This document shows positions 47,736 through 57,800 of a stretch of 64,000 nt of DNA, piece after piece. The stretch is from an uncultured Candidatus Binatia bacterium. GTDB lineage: Bacteria; Desulfobacterota; Binatia; Bin18. The notes below the pieces were generated by a model. It saw nothing but the letters and a program-made list of their open reading frames with translations. It did not search any database and was not told the DNA's origin. Within the stretch, counting starts at the first letter, position 1, and each line of letters begins with the position of its first letter. The stretch lies in assembly GCA_965200965.1 (NCBI GenBank), contig OZ241744.1, positions 224,001-288,000 on the forward strand, in the 5' to 3' direction. Made by a program: the position numbers and the translations under genes.

Positions 47736-50240
47736 CTACTCGGGGGAGGCCCATTCCACCTCCCAGCCCCGGCCAGCCGCAGTGACCTGCCCGGTGCGGA
47801 GACGCGCCAGAGGGTAGGCGGGCAGCCGCACCGTCGCCAGACACTTGTCAGCAAACCGCGCCGCCTGCTGCACATGCGGCAGGCGGTGCCGCCACCGGTG
47901 GAAGCCGAAATCCAGGGCCGCAAACCCGAAGGGCCGCCGCGCAGCGGTCAGCACCGCCCGGTCCCGGGGGAAGACATGCAGGAAGAAGCGCCCCTGCGTG
48001 TCCGCCCGCTGACACCCCGCTTTGACATAGGTCAGGGTCCGCCCGTCCAGGTAGAGGGCAAAGTCAGAGCGGGCCACCGGCGGGGCCGCCACCGCTGCCC
48101 GGTATGTCGCCTCAAGCAGGTCGGTCGCGGTTACGCCAGCAGCCGACCACGCCAGGGCGACGTGCCAGCGATCCACTCCCTCGGGGACGAACAGGCGGGC
48201 TTCAAGGGTTTGGATCGGATAGGGGGGCAGTGTCCGCCGGATCAGACACGCCCCGTCAACGCGGACCCCGTAATCGGGAAAGATGAAGTTCAGGACCTCA
48301 GTGCCTGGCACTCGACGCCACGCGGGGCGGTCGGCAGCGGCAGCGTCAGCGTCAGCGGGGTCCACGGGCACGACATGGACCACGAAGCGCCCCCGCACAT
48401 CGGCCGGCCGGCAGGGGGCCTTCACCCAGGTCAGGGTGGTCCCCTCCAGGTACAGGTCGAACGCCGAGCGGAGGAGGGGCGGCCCGGCGGTGGTGGCCCG
48501 GTAGAGTTGCTGGTAGCGCTCGACGGTGGCCGCGTCCACCAGGGCCGGGTCGCTTGCGCTCACCGTGAGGATGGTGTTGTTGTAGACTTGGCGGGTGTAG
48601 ACAACGGGTGCGAAGGGGCGATCAAGGCTGTCTCTCCACCCAGTGAACACATGAGAGGTCACATGAAAGTCTCCCTCCTCCTCCATTCCGTCGGCGAAGA
48701 CAATGCGACGCCGGGCTGCCTTGGGAAGGATGTCCCAGTTCCTTATGTGACGGCCGGTGGGATGGCCATTGGGACGGCCCGACGCCAGAGAGACAGGTGA
48801 AGTGGGATAGCGCTGGAGCAGATATTCCAGCCCCTCCCGGTACACCGTCCCCCAGTAGTCCATGTCATACTGCCCACGCAGGTACTCGGGCGTACTCCGG
48901 TCCACCAGCCGGTTGAAATAGAGGTGCTGGTAGGGATGAAGCCCAACCATTTCGATGACCACGCCAGCCAGACCAGCTACGGCCAGGCCATAGACACCGG
49001 CCCGCAGGGCTGGCCAGCGGCATACGCCAGCCAGCCGCCGCAGACCGGCCACGGCCAGCAGACACAGCGGGGCGTAGAGGAAATACATCTGCCGCCAGTT
49101 GTGGTAGACGTTGGCATTGAGGACGATGACGGCCCCAACGGGCAGGAGCACACAGGCCACGAGCAGCCCCTCAAAGCGGGTGGTGGGGTTGCGGAGCCAC
49201 TCGCCGGGGTGGGTCAGAGTCTGCCGGAGCACACCAGCCGCCCCGATGAGGCTCAGCAGCAGCACGCCCGGCGGGGTGGTGATGGCCAGCCAGGTCGGAA
49301 TGTAGTGCGCCGGAAGGTCCGGCCAGCGGATGACCTCGCCTTGAAAGAGCATAGTAGGACGGTGAGAGTGCTGGGAGAGAACTGCAATCGCGTCAAGCAG
49401 CTCCAGCGGATTGCCCCACAGATAGGGCGAGACCGCATACAGCGTCAAGACACTGGCCAGCCCGAACACCCCCAGCGTCCTCCCCACCTGCCGCCGTTCC
49501 GCCCGATTTCCCGCTCGCACCCAATCCACTACCCGCATCACCATCACCGCCACAAACAATCCCCCGCCCATGATGCGTAAGTTCGTTGCGACCCCCACCC
49601 CTACCCCACACAGCGCATACGCCCCCACCCCCCCCCGCTGCCACGCCCGATGAATCAGGGCCAGACAGCCCAGGAAGGCCACCAGGAAGGGGATGTCCTT
49701 GGTGTTGACAAACGAGTGGGCATACAGCCGGGGATGGAGGACGAAGAGGCCGAGGGCCAGCAGGGCCAGCCAGCGGCTGCCGAACAGCCGGGCGGCCAGC
49801 CAGGCCGCGCCCCCGCCGCCGGCCAGAAAGCAGAGGTGGGTGAGCAGATGGCGGCTCAAGTAGATGGCGCGGCTGTCGGTGAGGCCGAGCAGCCGCTCAA
49901 CCAGGACCAACGGCACTTCGAAGACAATGCCGTAGTAGCGGTTGTGGGGGGGACCGGGGGGGCGCAGGGTCTCGGTGTCGCCCAGCGCATAGGCGATTGC
50001 CGCCTGGCCGATCCCGTGTTGCTCCTTCTCGTCCCACCCCACCCCGTAATCGTCAAGGACGGCCAGGCCCACCACGGCCAGCACCGCCAGGGCCAGCAGG
50101 ACACTGTGGGCGGCCACGAAGGCCACCGCCGCCGTGGACCAGCGGCCCACGGACCGGGGGACAGAGGTCACGATGAGCCTGCCCAGGTGGGCGGCCATGG
50201 AGGTGCCGCCAGCCGTGCCCCGAATGTCAGCCGGCCTCAA
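47736..50240 (-). CDS. GT-C fold (ArnT/PMT-like) membrane glycosyltransferase, copy 1
   Basis: DDYGVGWDE after TM1, multiple TM segments, HPRLYAHSF.NTKD, WRQMYF, duplicated C-terminal domain. Confidence 0.8.
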   Translation of the reverse strand: MRPADIRGTAGGTSMAAHLGRLIVTSVPRSVGRWSTAAVAFVAAHSVLLALAVLAVVGLAVLDDYGVGWDEKEQHGIGQAAIAYALGDTETLRPPGPPHNRYYGIVFEVPLVLVERLLGLTDSRAIYLSRHLLTHLCFLAGGGGAAWLAARLFGSRWLALLALGLFVLHPRLYAHSFVNTKDIPFLVAFLGCLALIHRAWQRGGVGAYALCGVGVGVATNLRIMGGGLFVAVMVMRVVDWVRAGNRAERRQVGRTLGVFGLASVLTLYAVSPYLWGNPLELLDAIAVLSQHSHRPTMLFQGEVIRWPDLPAHYIPTWLAITTPPGVLLLSLIGAAGVLRQTLTHPGEWLRNPTTRFEGLLVACVLLPVGAVIVLNANVYHNWRQMYFLYAPLCLLAVAGLRRLAGVCRWPALRAGVYGLAVAGLAGVVIEMVGLHPYQHLYFNRLVDRSTPEYLRGQYDMDYWGTVYREGLEYLLQRYPTSPVSLASGRPNGHPTGRHIRNWDILPKAARRRIVFADGMEEEGDFHVTSHVFTGWRDSLDRPFAPVVYTRQVYNNTILTVSASDPALVDAATVERYQQLYRATTAGPPLLRSAFDLYLEGTTLTWVKAPCRPADVRGRFVVHVVPVDPADADAAAADRPAWRRVPGTEVLNFIFPDYGVRVDGACLIRRTLPPYPIQTLEARLFVPEGVDRWHVALAWSAAGVTATDLLEATYRAAVAAPPVARSDFALYLDGRTLTYVKAGCQRADTQGRFFLHVFPRDRAVLTAARRPFGFAALDFGFHRWRHRLPHVQQAARFADKCLATVRLPAYPLARLRTGQVTAAGRGWEVEWASPE

Positions 50241-52783
50241 GAGCGTGCTCCCGATGAGGCCGGAACGGGCCAGCCCACCTGATCGGCCACAGGAAATTCA
50301 ACTGCCCAGACCGGCTTCTCGCTGGCGACCTGCCCGGTGCGGAGCCGTGCCAGAGGATAGGCGGGCAGCCGCACCGTCGCCAGACACTTGTCAGCAAACC
50401 GCGCCGCCTGCTGCACATGCGGCAGGCGGTGCCGCCACCGGTGGAAGCTGAAATCCAGGACCGCAAACCCGAAGGGCCGCCGCGCAGCGGCCAGCACGGC
50501 CCGGTCCCGGGGGAAGACATGCAGGAAGAAGCGCCCCTGCGTGTCCGCCCGCTGACACCCCTCTTTGACATAGGTCAGGGTCCGCCCGTCCAGGTAGAGG
50601 GCAAAGTCAGAGCGGGCCACCGGCGGGGCCGCCACCGCTGCCCGGTATGTCGCCTCAAGCAGGTCGGTCGCGCGCACGCCAGCAGGTGCCAAGTCAATGC
50701 TTACTCTCCAAAGATCGGGTCCCCCGGGGACGAACAGGCGGGCTTCAAGGGTTTGGATCGGATAGGGGGGCAGTGTCCGCCGGATCAGACACGCCCCGTC
50801 AACGCGGACCCCGTAATCGGGAAAGATGAAGTTCAGGACCTCAGTGCCTGGCGTTCGCCGCCACGCGGGGCGGTCGGCAGCGGCAGCGTCAGCGGGGTCC
50901 ACGGGCACGACATGGACCACGAAGCGCCCCCGCACATCGGCCGGCCGGCAGGGGGCCTTCACCCAGGTCAGGGTGGTCCCGTCCAGGTACAGGTCGAACG
51001 CCGAGCGGAGGAGGGGCGGCCCGGCGGTGGTGGCCCGGTAGAGTTGCCGGTAGCGCTCGGCGGTGGCCGCATCCACCAGAGCGGGGTCGCTCGCGCTCAC
51101 CGTGAGGATGGTGTTGTTGTAGACTTGGCGGGTGTAGACAATGGGTGCGAAGGGGTGATCAAAGCGGTCTCCCCACCCAGTGAACACATGAGAGGTCACA
51201 TAAAAGTCCCCCTCCTCCTCCATTCCGTCGGCGAAGACAATGCGACGCCGGGCTGCCTTGGGCAGGATACCCCGGTTCATGGTGTACTGGATGCCGGGAC
51301 GGCCGCTGGGACGGCTCGGCACTAGAGAGACGGGTGAGGCGGGATAGCGCTGAAGCAGATATTCCAGCCCCTCCCGGTACGTCTGTGAGCGGTACGCTTC
51401 GTAGTACTGCCCACGCAGGTACTCGGGCGTGTTCCGGTCCACCAGCCAGTTGAAATAGACATACTGATGAGGATGAATCCCAACCATTTCGATGACCACG
51501 CCAGCCAGGCCAGCCATGGCCAGGCCATAGACACCGGCCCGCAGGGCCGGCCAGCGGCACACGCCAGCCAGCCGCCGCAGACCAGCCACAGCCAGCAGAC
51601 ACAGCGGGGCGTAGAGGAAATACATCTGCCGCCAGCCGTTGTGGACATTGGCATTGAGGACGATGACGGCCCCAACGGGCAGGAGCACGCAGGCCACGAG
51701 CAGGCCCTCAAAGCGGGTGGTGGGGTTGCGGAGCAGCTCGCCGGGGTGGGTCAGAGTCCGCCAGAGCACGCCAGCCGCCCCGATGAGGCTCAGCAGCAGC
51801 ACGCCCGGCGGGGTGGTGATGGCCAGCCAGGTCGGAATGTAGTGCGCCGGAATAGCCGGCCAGTGGATGAGTTCGCCTTGAAAGAGCATAGTAGGACGGT
51901 GAGGGTGCTGGGAGAGAACCGTGAATGTTTCGACCACCTCCAGGGGATTGCTCCACAGATGGGGCGAGACCGCATACAGCGTCAAGACACTGGCCAGCCC
52001 GAACACCCCCAGCGTCCTCCCCACCTGCCGCCGTTCCGCCCGATTTCCCGCCCGCACCCAATCCACCACCCGCATCACCATCACCGCCACAAACAATCCC
52101 CCACCCATGATGCGTAAGTTCGTTGCGACCCCCACCCCCACCCCACACAGCGCATACGCCCCCACCCCCCCCCGTTGCCACGCCCGGTGAATCAGGGCCA
52201 GACAGCCCAGGAAGGCCACCAGGAAGGGGATGTCCTTGGTGTTGAAAAACGAGTGGGCATACAGCCGGGGATGGAGGACGAAGAGGCCGAGGGCCAGCAG
52301 GGCCAGCCAGCGGCTGCCGAACAACCGGGCGGCCAGCCAGGCCGCGCCCCCGCCGCCGGCCAGAAAGCAGAGGTGGGTGAGGAGATGGCGGCTCAAGTAG
52401 ATGGCGCGGCTGTCGGTGAGACCCAGCAGCCGCTCAACCAGCACCAGCGGTACTTCGAAGACAACGCCGTAGTAGCGGTCATAGGGAGGGAGACCGGGGG
52501 GCGCGTGCAGGGTCTCGGTGTCGCCTAGCGCATAGGCGATTGCCGCCTGGGTAATTCGGCGTTGGGCTGTCTCGTCCCACCCCACCCCGTAATCGTCAAG
52601 AACGGCCAAGCCCACCACGGCCAGCACCGCCAGGGCCAGCAGGACACTGTGGCGGGCCACGAAGGCCACCGCCGCCGTGGACCAGCGGCCCACGGACCGG
52701 GGGACAGAGGTCACGATGAGCCTGCCCAGGTGGGCGGCCATGGAGGTGCCGCCAGCCGTGCCCCGAATGTCAGCCGGCCTCAA
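50237..52783 (-). CDS. GT-C membrane glycosyltransferase, copy 2
   Basis: Same motifs as copy 1. Confidence 0.8.
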   Translation of the reverse strand: MRPADIRGTAGGTSMAAHLGRLIVTSVPRSVGRWSTAAVAFVARHSVLLALAVLAVVGLAVLDDYGVGWDETAQRRITQAAIAYALGDTETLHAPPGLPPYDRYYGVVFEVPLVLVERLLGLTDSRAIYLSRHLLTHLCFLAGGGGAAWLAARLFGSRWLALLALGLFVLHPRLYAHSFFNTKDIPFLVAFLGCLALIHRAWQRGGVGAYALCGVGVGVATNLRIMGGGLFVAVMVMRVVDWVRAGNRAERRQVGRTLGVFGLASVLTLYAVSPHLWSNPLEVVETFTVLSQHPHRPTMLFQGELIHWPAIPAHYIPTWLAITTPPGVLLLSLIGAAGVLWRTLTHPGELLRNPTTRFEGLLVACVLLPVGAVIVLNANVHNGWRQMYFLYAPLCLLAVAGLRRLAGVCRWPALRAGVYGLAMAGLAGVVIEMVGIHPHQYVYFNWLVDRNTPEYLRGQYYEAYRSQTYREGLEYLLQRYPASPVSLVPSRPSGRPGIQYTMNRGILPKAARRRIVFADGMEEEGDFYVTSHVFTGWGDRFDHPFAPIVYTRQVYNNTILTVSASDPALVDAATAERYRQLYRATTAGPPLLRSAFDLYLDGTTLTWVKAPCRPADVRGRFVVHVVPVDPADAAAADRPAWRRTPGTEVLNFIFPDYGVRVDGACLIRRTLPPYPIQTLEARLFVPGGPDLWRVSIDLAPAGVRATDLLEATYRAAVAAPPVARSDFALYLDGRTLTYVKEGCQRADTQGRFFLHVFPRDRAVLAAARRPFGFAVLDFSFHRWRHRLPHVQQAARFADKCLATVRLPAYPLARLRTGQVASEKPVWAVEFPVADQVGWPVPASSGARS

Positions 52784-55326
52784 GAGCGTGCTCCCGATGA
52801 GGCCGGAACGGGCCAGCCCACCTGATCGGCCACAGGAAATTCAACTGCCCAGACCGGCTTCTCGCTGGCGACCTGCCCGGTGCGGAGCCGTGCCAGAGGA
52901 TAGGCGGGCAGCCGCACCGTCGCCAGACACTTGTCAGCAAACCGCGCCGCCTGCTGCACATGCGGCAGGCGGTGCCGCCACCGGTGGAAGCTGAAATCCA
53001 GGACCGCAAACCCGAAGGGCCGCCGCGCAGCGGCCAGCACGGCCCGGTCCCGGGGGAAGACATGCAGGAAGAAGCGCCCCTGCGTGTCCGCCCGCTGACA
53101 CCCCTCTTTGACATAGGTCAGGGTCCGCCCGTCCAGGTAGAGGGCAAAGTCAGAGCGGGCCACCGGCGGGGCCGCCACCGCTGCCCGGTATGTCGCCTCA
53201 AGCAGGTCGGTCGCGCGCACGCCAGCAGGTGCCAAGTCAATGCTTACTCTCCAAAGATCGGGTCCCCCGGGGACGAACAGGCGGGCTTCAAGGGTTTGGA
53301 TCGGATAGGGGGGCAGTGTCCGCCGGATCAGACACGCCCCGTCAACGCGGACCCCGTAATCGGGAAAGATGAAGTTCAGGACCTCAGTGCCTGGCGTTCG
53401 CCGCCACGCGGGGCGGTTGGCAGCGTCAGCGGGGTTCACGGGCACGACATGGACCACGAAGCGCCCCCGCACATCGGCCGGCCGGCAGGGGGCCTTCACC
53501 CAGCTCAAGGTGGTCCCGTCCAGGTACAGGTCGAACGCCGAGCGGAGGAGGGGCGGCCCGGCGGTGGTGGCCCGGTAGAGTTGCCGGTAGCGCTCGGCGG
53601 TGGCCGCATCCACCAGGGCCGGGTCGATCGCGCTCACCGTGAGGATGGTGTTGTTGTAGACTTGGCGGGTGTAGACAATGGGTGCGAAGGGGTGATCAAA
53701 GCGGTCAAGCCACGCGCTGAACATGTGATTGGTCACATAAAAGTCCCCCTCCTCCTCCATTCCGTCGGCGAAGACGATACGGTTCCGGTCCGCCTTGGGA
53801 AGGATGCCCCGGTTCCTTATATAATGGCCGGCGGGGCGGGCATTGGGACGGCCCGGTGCCAGAGAGACGGGTGAGACGGGTTGGCGCTGGAGCAGATATT
53901 CCAGCCCCTCCCGGTACGTTGTCCCCCAGTAGTCCATGTCATACTGCCCACGCAGGTACTCGGGCGTACTCCGGTCCACCAGCCGGTTGAAATAGAGGTG
54001 CTGGTAGGGATGAAGCCCGACCATTTCGATGACCACGCCAGCCAAGCCAGCCACGGCTAGGCCATAGACACCGGCCCGCAGGGCGGGCCAGCGGCACACG
54101 CCAGCCAGCCGCCGCAGACCGGCCACGGCCAGCAGACACAGCGGGGCGTAGAGGAAATACATCTGCCGCCAGCCATTATAGACATTGGCATTGAGGACGA
54201 TGACGACCCCAACGGGCAGGAGCACGCAGGCCACGAGCAGGCCCTCAAAGCGGGTGGTGGGGTTGCGGAGCCACTCGCCGGGGTGGGTCAGAGTCTGCCA
54301 GAGCACACCAGCCGCCCCGATGAGGCTCAGCAGCAGCACGCCCGGCGGGGTGGTGATGGCCAGCCAAGTCGGAATGTAGTGGGCCGGAATGGCCGGCCAG
54401 TGCACGACCTCGCCTTGAAAGAGCCTAGAACCCATGTGAGGATACTGGGAGAAAACCGTAAACGTTTCGACCACCTCCAAGGGATTGCTCCACAGATGGG
54501 GCGAGACCGCATACAGCGTCAAGACACCGGCCAGCCCGAACACCCCCAGCGTCCTCCCCACCTGCCGCCGTTCCGCCCGACTCCCCGCTCGCACCCAATC
54601 CACCACCCGCATCACCATCACCGCCACAAACAATCCCCCACCCATGATGCGTAAGTTCGTTGCGACCCCCACCCCCACCCCACACAGCGCATACGCCCCC
54701 ACCCCCCCCCGCTGCCACGCCCGGTGAATCAGGGCCAGACAGCCCAGGAAGGCCACCAGGAAGGGGATGTCCTTGGTGTTGACAAACGAGTGGGCATACA
54801 GCCGGGGATGGAGGACGAAGAGGCCGAGGGCCAGCAGGGCCAGCCAGCGGCTGCCGAACAGCCGGGCGGCCAGCCAGGCCGCCCCCCCGCCGCCCGCCAG
54901 AAAGCAGAGGTGGGTGAGGAGATGGCGGCTCAAGTAGATGGCGCGGCTGTCGGTGAGACCCAGCAGCCGCTCAACCAGCACCAGCGGCACTTCGAAGACA
55001 ACGCCGTAGTAGCGGGTGTTGGCATGGACGGGGGCCAGCAGGGTCTCGGTGTCGCCCAGCATGTAGTTGACCGCCGCCTGGGCAATTCGGCGCTGCATTG
55101 TCTCGTCCCACGCCACCCCGTAATCGTCAAGGACGGCAAGGCCCACCACGGCCAGAACCGTCAGGGCCAGCAGGACACTGTGGGCGGCCACGAAGGCCAC
55201 AGCCGCCGTGCGCCAGCGGCCCACGGACCGGGGGACGGAGGTCACGATGATCCTGCCCAGGTGGGCGGCCATGGAGGTGCCGCCAGCCGGCTCGGCAGCC
55301 GTACCCCGAATGTCGGCGGGCCTCAA
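52780..55326 (-). CDS. GT-C membrane glycosyltransferase, copy 3
   Basis: Same motifs; DDYGVAWDE. Confidence 0.8.
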   Translation of the reverse strand: MRPADIRGTAAEPAGGTSMAAHLGRIIVTSVPRSVGRWRTAAVAFVAAHSVLLALTVLAVVGLAVLDDYGVAWDETMQRRIAQAAVNYMLGDTETLLAPVHANTRYYGVVFEVPLVLVERLLGLTDSRAIYLSRHLLTHLCFLAGGGGAAWLAARLFGSRWLALLALGLFVLHPRLYAHSFVNTKDIPFLVAFLGCLALIHRAWQRGGVGAYALCGVGVGVATNLRIMGGGLFVAVMVMRVVDWVRAGSRAERRQVGRTLGVFGLAGVLTLYAVSPHLWSNPLEVVETFTVFSQYPHMGSRLFQGEVVHWPAIPAHYIPTWLAITTPPGVLLLSLIGAAGVLWQTLTHPGEWLRNPTTRFEGLLVACVLLPVGVVIVLNANVYNGWRQMYFLYAPLCLLAVAGLRRLAGVCRWPALRAGVYGLAVAGLAGVVIEMVGLHPYQHLYFNRLVDRSTPEYLRGQYDMDYWGTTYREGLEYLLQRQPVSPVSLAPGRPNARPAGHYIRNRGILPKADRNRIVFADGMEEEGDFYVTNHMFSAWLDRFDHPFAPIVYTRQVYNNTILTVSAIDPALVDAATAERYRQLYRATTAGPPLLRSAFDLYLDGTTLSWVKAPCRPADVRGRFVVHVVPVNPADAANRPAWRRTPGTEVLNFIFPDYGVRVDGACLIRRTLPPYPIQTLEARLFVPGGPDLWRVSIDLAPAGVRATDLLEATYRAAVAAPPVARSDFALYLDGRTLTYVKEGCQRADTQGRFFLHVFPRDRAVLAAARRPFGFAVLDFSFHRWRHRLPHVQQAARFADKCLATVRLPAYPLARLRTGQVASEKPVWAVEFPVADQVGWPVPASSGARS

Positions 55327-57800
55327 GAGCGTGCTCCCGATGAGGCTGGAACGGGCCAGCTCACCTGATCGGCCACAGGAAATTCAACTGCCCAGATCGG
55401 CTTCTCGCTGGCGACCTGCCCGGTGCGGAGCCGTGCCAGAGGATAGGCGGGCAGCCGCACCGTCGCCAGACACTTGTCAGCAAACCGCGCCGCCTGCTGC
55501 ACATGCGGCATGTAGTGCCGCCACCAGTCAAAACCAAAATCCAGGACCGCAAACCCGGCTGGCCGCCGTGCAGCGGTCAGCACGGCCCGGTCCCGGGGGA
55601 AGACATGCAGGAAGAAGCGCCCCTGCGTGTCCGCCCGCTGACACCCCGCTTTGACATAGGTCAGGGTCCGCCCCTCCAGGTACAGGGCAAAGTCAGAGCG
55701 GGCCACCGGCGGGGTCGCCACCGCTGCCCGGTATGTCGCCTCAAGCAGGTCGGTCGCACGCACGCCAGCAGCCGACCACGCCAGGGCGACATGCCAGCGA
55801 TCCACGCCCCCGGGGGTGATCAGGCGGGCTTCAAGGGTTTGGATCGCATAAGGGGGAAGCGGGCACCGGATCAGACACGCCCCGTCAAGGCGGACCCCGT
55901 AATCGGAAAAGCCGAAGTTCAGGATTTCAATGCCTGGCCCCGACCGCCACGCAGGGCGGTCGGCAGCGGCAGCGGGGTCCACGGGCACGACATAGACCAC
56001 GAAGCGCCCCCGCATGTCGGCCGGACGGCAGGGCACCTTCACCCAACTCAAGGTGGCCCCCTCCAGGTACAGGTCAAACGCCGAGCGGAGGAGGGGTGGC
56101 TTGGCGGTGGTGGCCCGGTAGAGTTGCCGGTAGCGCTCGGCGGTGGCCGCATCCACCAGGGCCGGATCGCTCGCGCTCACCGTGAGGATGGTGTTGTTGT
56201 AGACTTGACGGGTGTAGACAAGGGGTGCGAAGGGGAGATCACGGCTCTTGTCCCACGGGCTGAACATGTGATCGGTCACATAAAAGTCCCCCTCCTCCTC
56301 CATTCCGTCGGCGAAGACAATGCGACGCCGGTCCGCCTTGGGAAGGCTACCCCAGTTCCGTATTTGATAGGCGGTGGGACGGCCGCTGGAATGGCCCGGC
56401 ACCAGGGAGACGGGTGAGGCGGGATAGCGCTGGAGCAGATATTCCAGCCCCTCCCGGTACGCCGTCCCCCAGCGTCCCTCGTCATACTGCCCACGCAGGT
56501 ACTCGGGCGTGTGCCGGTCCACCAGCCGGTTGAAATAGAGGTGCTGGTAGGGATGAAGCCCCACCATTTCGATGACCACGCCAGCCAGGCCAGCTACGGC
56601 CAAGCCATAGACACCGACCCGCAGGGCCGGCCAGCGGCACACGCCAGCCAGCCGTCGCAGACCGGCCACGGCCAGCAGACACAACGGAGCGTAGAGGAAA
56701 TACATGTGCCGCCAGTTGTTATAGACATTGGCATTGAGGATGATGACGGCCCCAACGGGCAGGAGCACGCAGGCCACGAGCAGGCCCTCAAAGCGGGTGG
56801 TGGGGTTACGGAGCCACTCGCCGGGGTGGGTCAGAGTCTGCCGGAGCACACCAGCCGCCCCGATGAGGCTCAGCAGCAGCACGCCCGGCGGGGTGGTGAT
56901 GGCCAGCCAAGTCGGAATGTAGTGGGCCGGAATGGCCGGCCAGTGAATTGCTTCGCCTTGAAAGAGCATAGTAGGACGGTGAGAGTGCTGGGAGAGAACT
57001 GCAATCGCGTCAAGCAGCTCCAGTGGATTGCCCCACAGATAGGGCGAGACCGTATACAGCGTCAAGACACTGGCCAGCCCGAACACCCCTAGCGTCCTCC
57101 CCACCTGCCGCCGTTCCGCCCGATTTCCCGCTCGCACCCAATCCACCACCCGCCCCCCCACCACCGCCACAAACAATCCCCCGCCCATGATGCGTAAGTT
57201 CGTTGCGACCCCCACCCCCACCCCACACAGCGCATACGCCCCCACCCCCCCCCGCTGCCACGCCCGGTGAATCAGGGCCAGACAGCCCAGGAAGGCCACC
57301 AGGAAGGGAATGTCCTTGGTGTTGAAAAACGAGTGGGCATACAGCCGGGGATGGAGCACGAAGAGGCCGAGGGCCAGCAGGGCCAGCCAGCGGCTGCCGA
57401 ACAGCCGGGAGGCCAGCCAGGCCGCGCCCCCGCCGCCGGCCAGAAAGCAGAGGTGGGTGAGCAGATGGCGGCTCAAGTAGATGGCGCGGCTGTCGGTGAG
57501 ACCCAGCAGCCGCTCAACCAGCACCAGCGGCACTTCGAAGACAACGCCGTAGTAGCGGTCGGAGGGGGGACCGGGGGGGCGCAGGGTCTCGGTGTCGCCC
57601 AGCGCATAGGCGATTGCCGTCTGGGCAATTTGGTGCTGGGCTGTCTCGTCCCACGCCACCCCGTAATCGTCAAGGACGGCCATGCCCACCACGACCAGGA
57701 CGGCCAGGGCCAGCGGGATACTGTGGGCGGCCACGAAGGCCACCGCCGCCGTGCACCAGCGGCCCACGGACCGGGGGACAGAGGGACGCCCGCTTGTCAT
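55323..57800 (-). CDS. GT-C membrane glycosyltransferase, copy 4
   Basis: Same motifs; MTSGRP-type N-terminus. Confidence 0.8.
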   Translation of the reverse strand: MTSGRPSVPRSVGRWCTAAVAFVAAHSIPLALAVLVVVGMAVLDDYGVAWDETAQHQIAQTAIAYALGDTETLRPPGPPSDRYYGVVFEVPLVLVERLLGLTDSRAIYLSRHLLTHLCFLAGGGGAAWLASRLFGSRWLALLALGLFVLHPRLYAHSFFNTKDIPFLVAFLGCLALIHRAWQRGGVGAYALCGVGVGVATNLRIMGGGLFVAVVGGRVVDWVRAGNRAERRQVGRTLGVFGLASVLTLYTVSPYLWGNPLELLDAIAVLSQHSHRPTMLFQGEAIHWPAIPAHYIPTWLAITTPPGVLLLSLIGAAGVLRQTLTHPGEWLRNPTTRFEGLLVACVLLPVGAVIILNANVYNNWRHMYFLYAPLCLLAVAGLRRLAGVCRWPALRVGVYGLAVAGLAGVVIEMVGLHPYQHLYFNRLVDRHTPEYLRGQYDEGRWGTAYREGLEYLLQRYPASPVSLVPGHSSGRPTAYQIRNWGSLPKADRRRIVFADGMEEEGDFYVTDHMFSPWDKSRDLPFAPLVYTRQVYNNTILTVSASDPALVDAATAERYRQLYRATTAKPPLLRSAFDLYLEGATLSWVKVPCRPADMRGRFVVYVVPVDPAAAADRPAWRSGPGIEILNFGFSDYGVRLDGACLIRCPLPPYAIQTLEARLITPGGVDRWHVALAWSAAGVRATDLLEATYRAAVATPPVARSDFALYLEGRTLTYVKAGCQRADTQGRFFLHVFPRDRAVLTAARRPAGFAVLDFGFDWWRHYMPHVQQAARFADKCLATVRLPAYPLARLRTGQVASEKPIWAVEFPVADQVSWPVPASSGARS

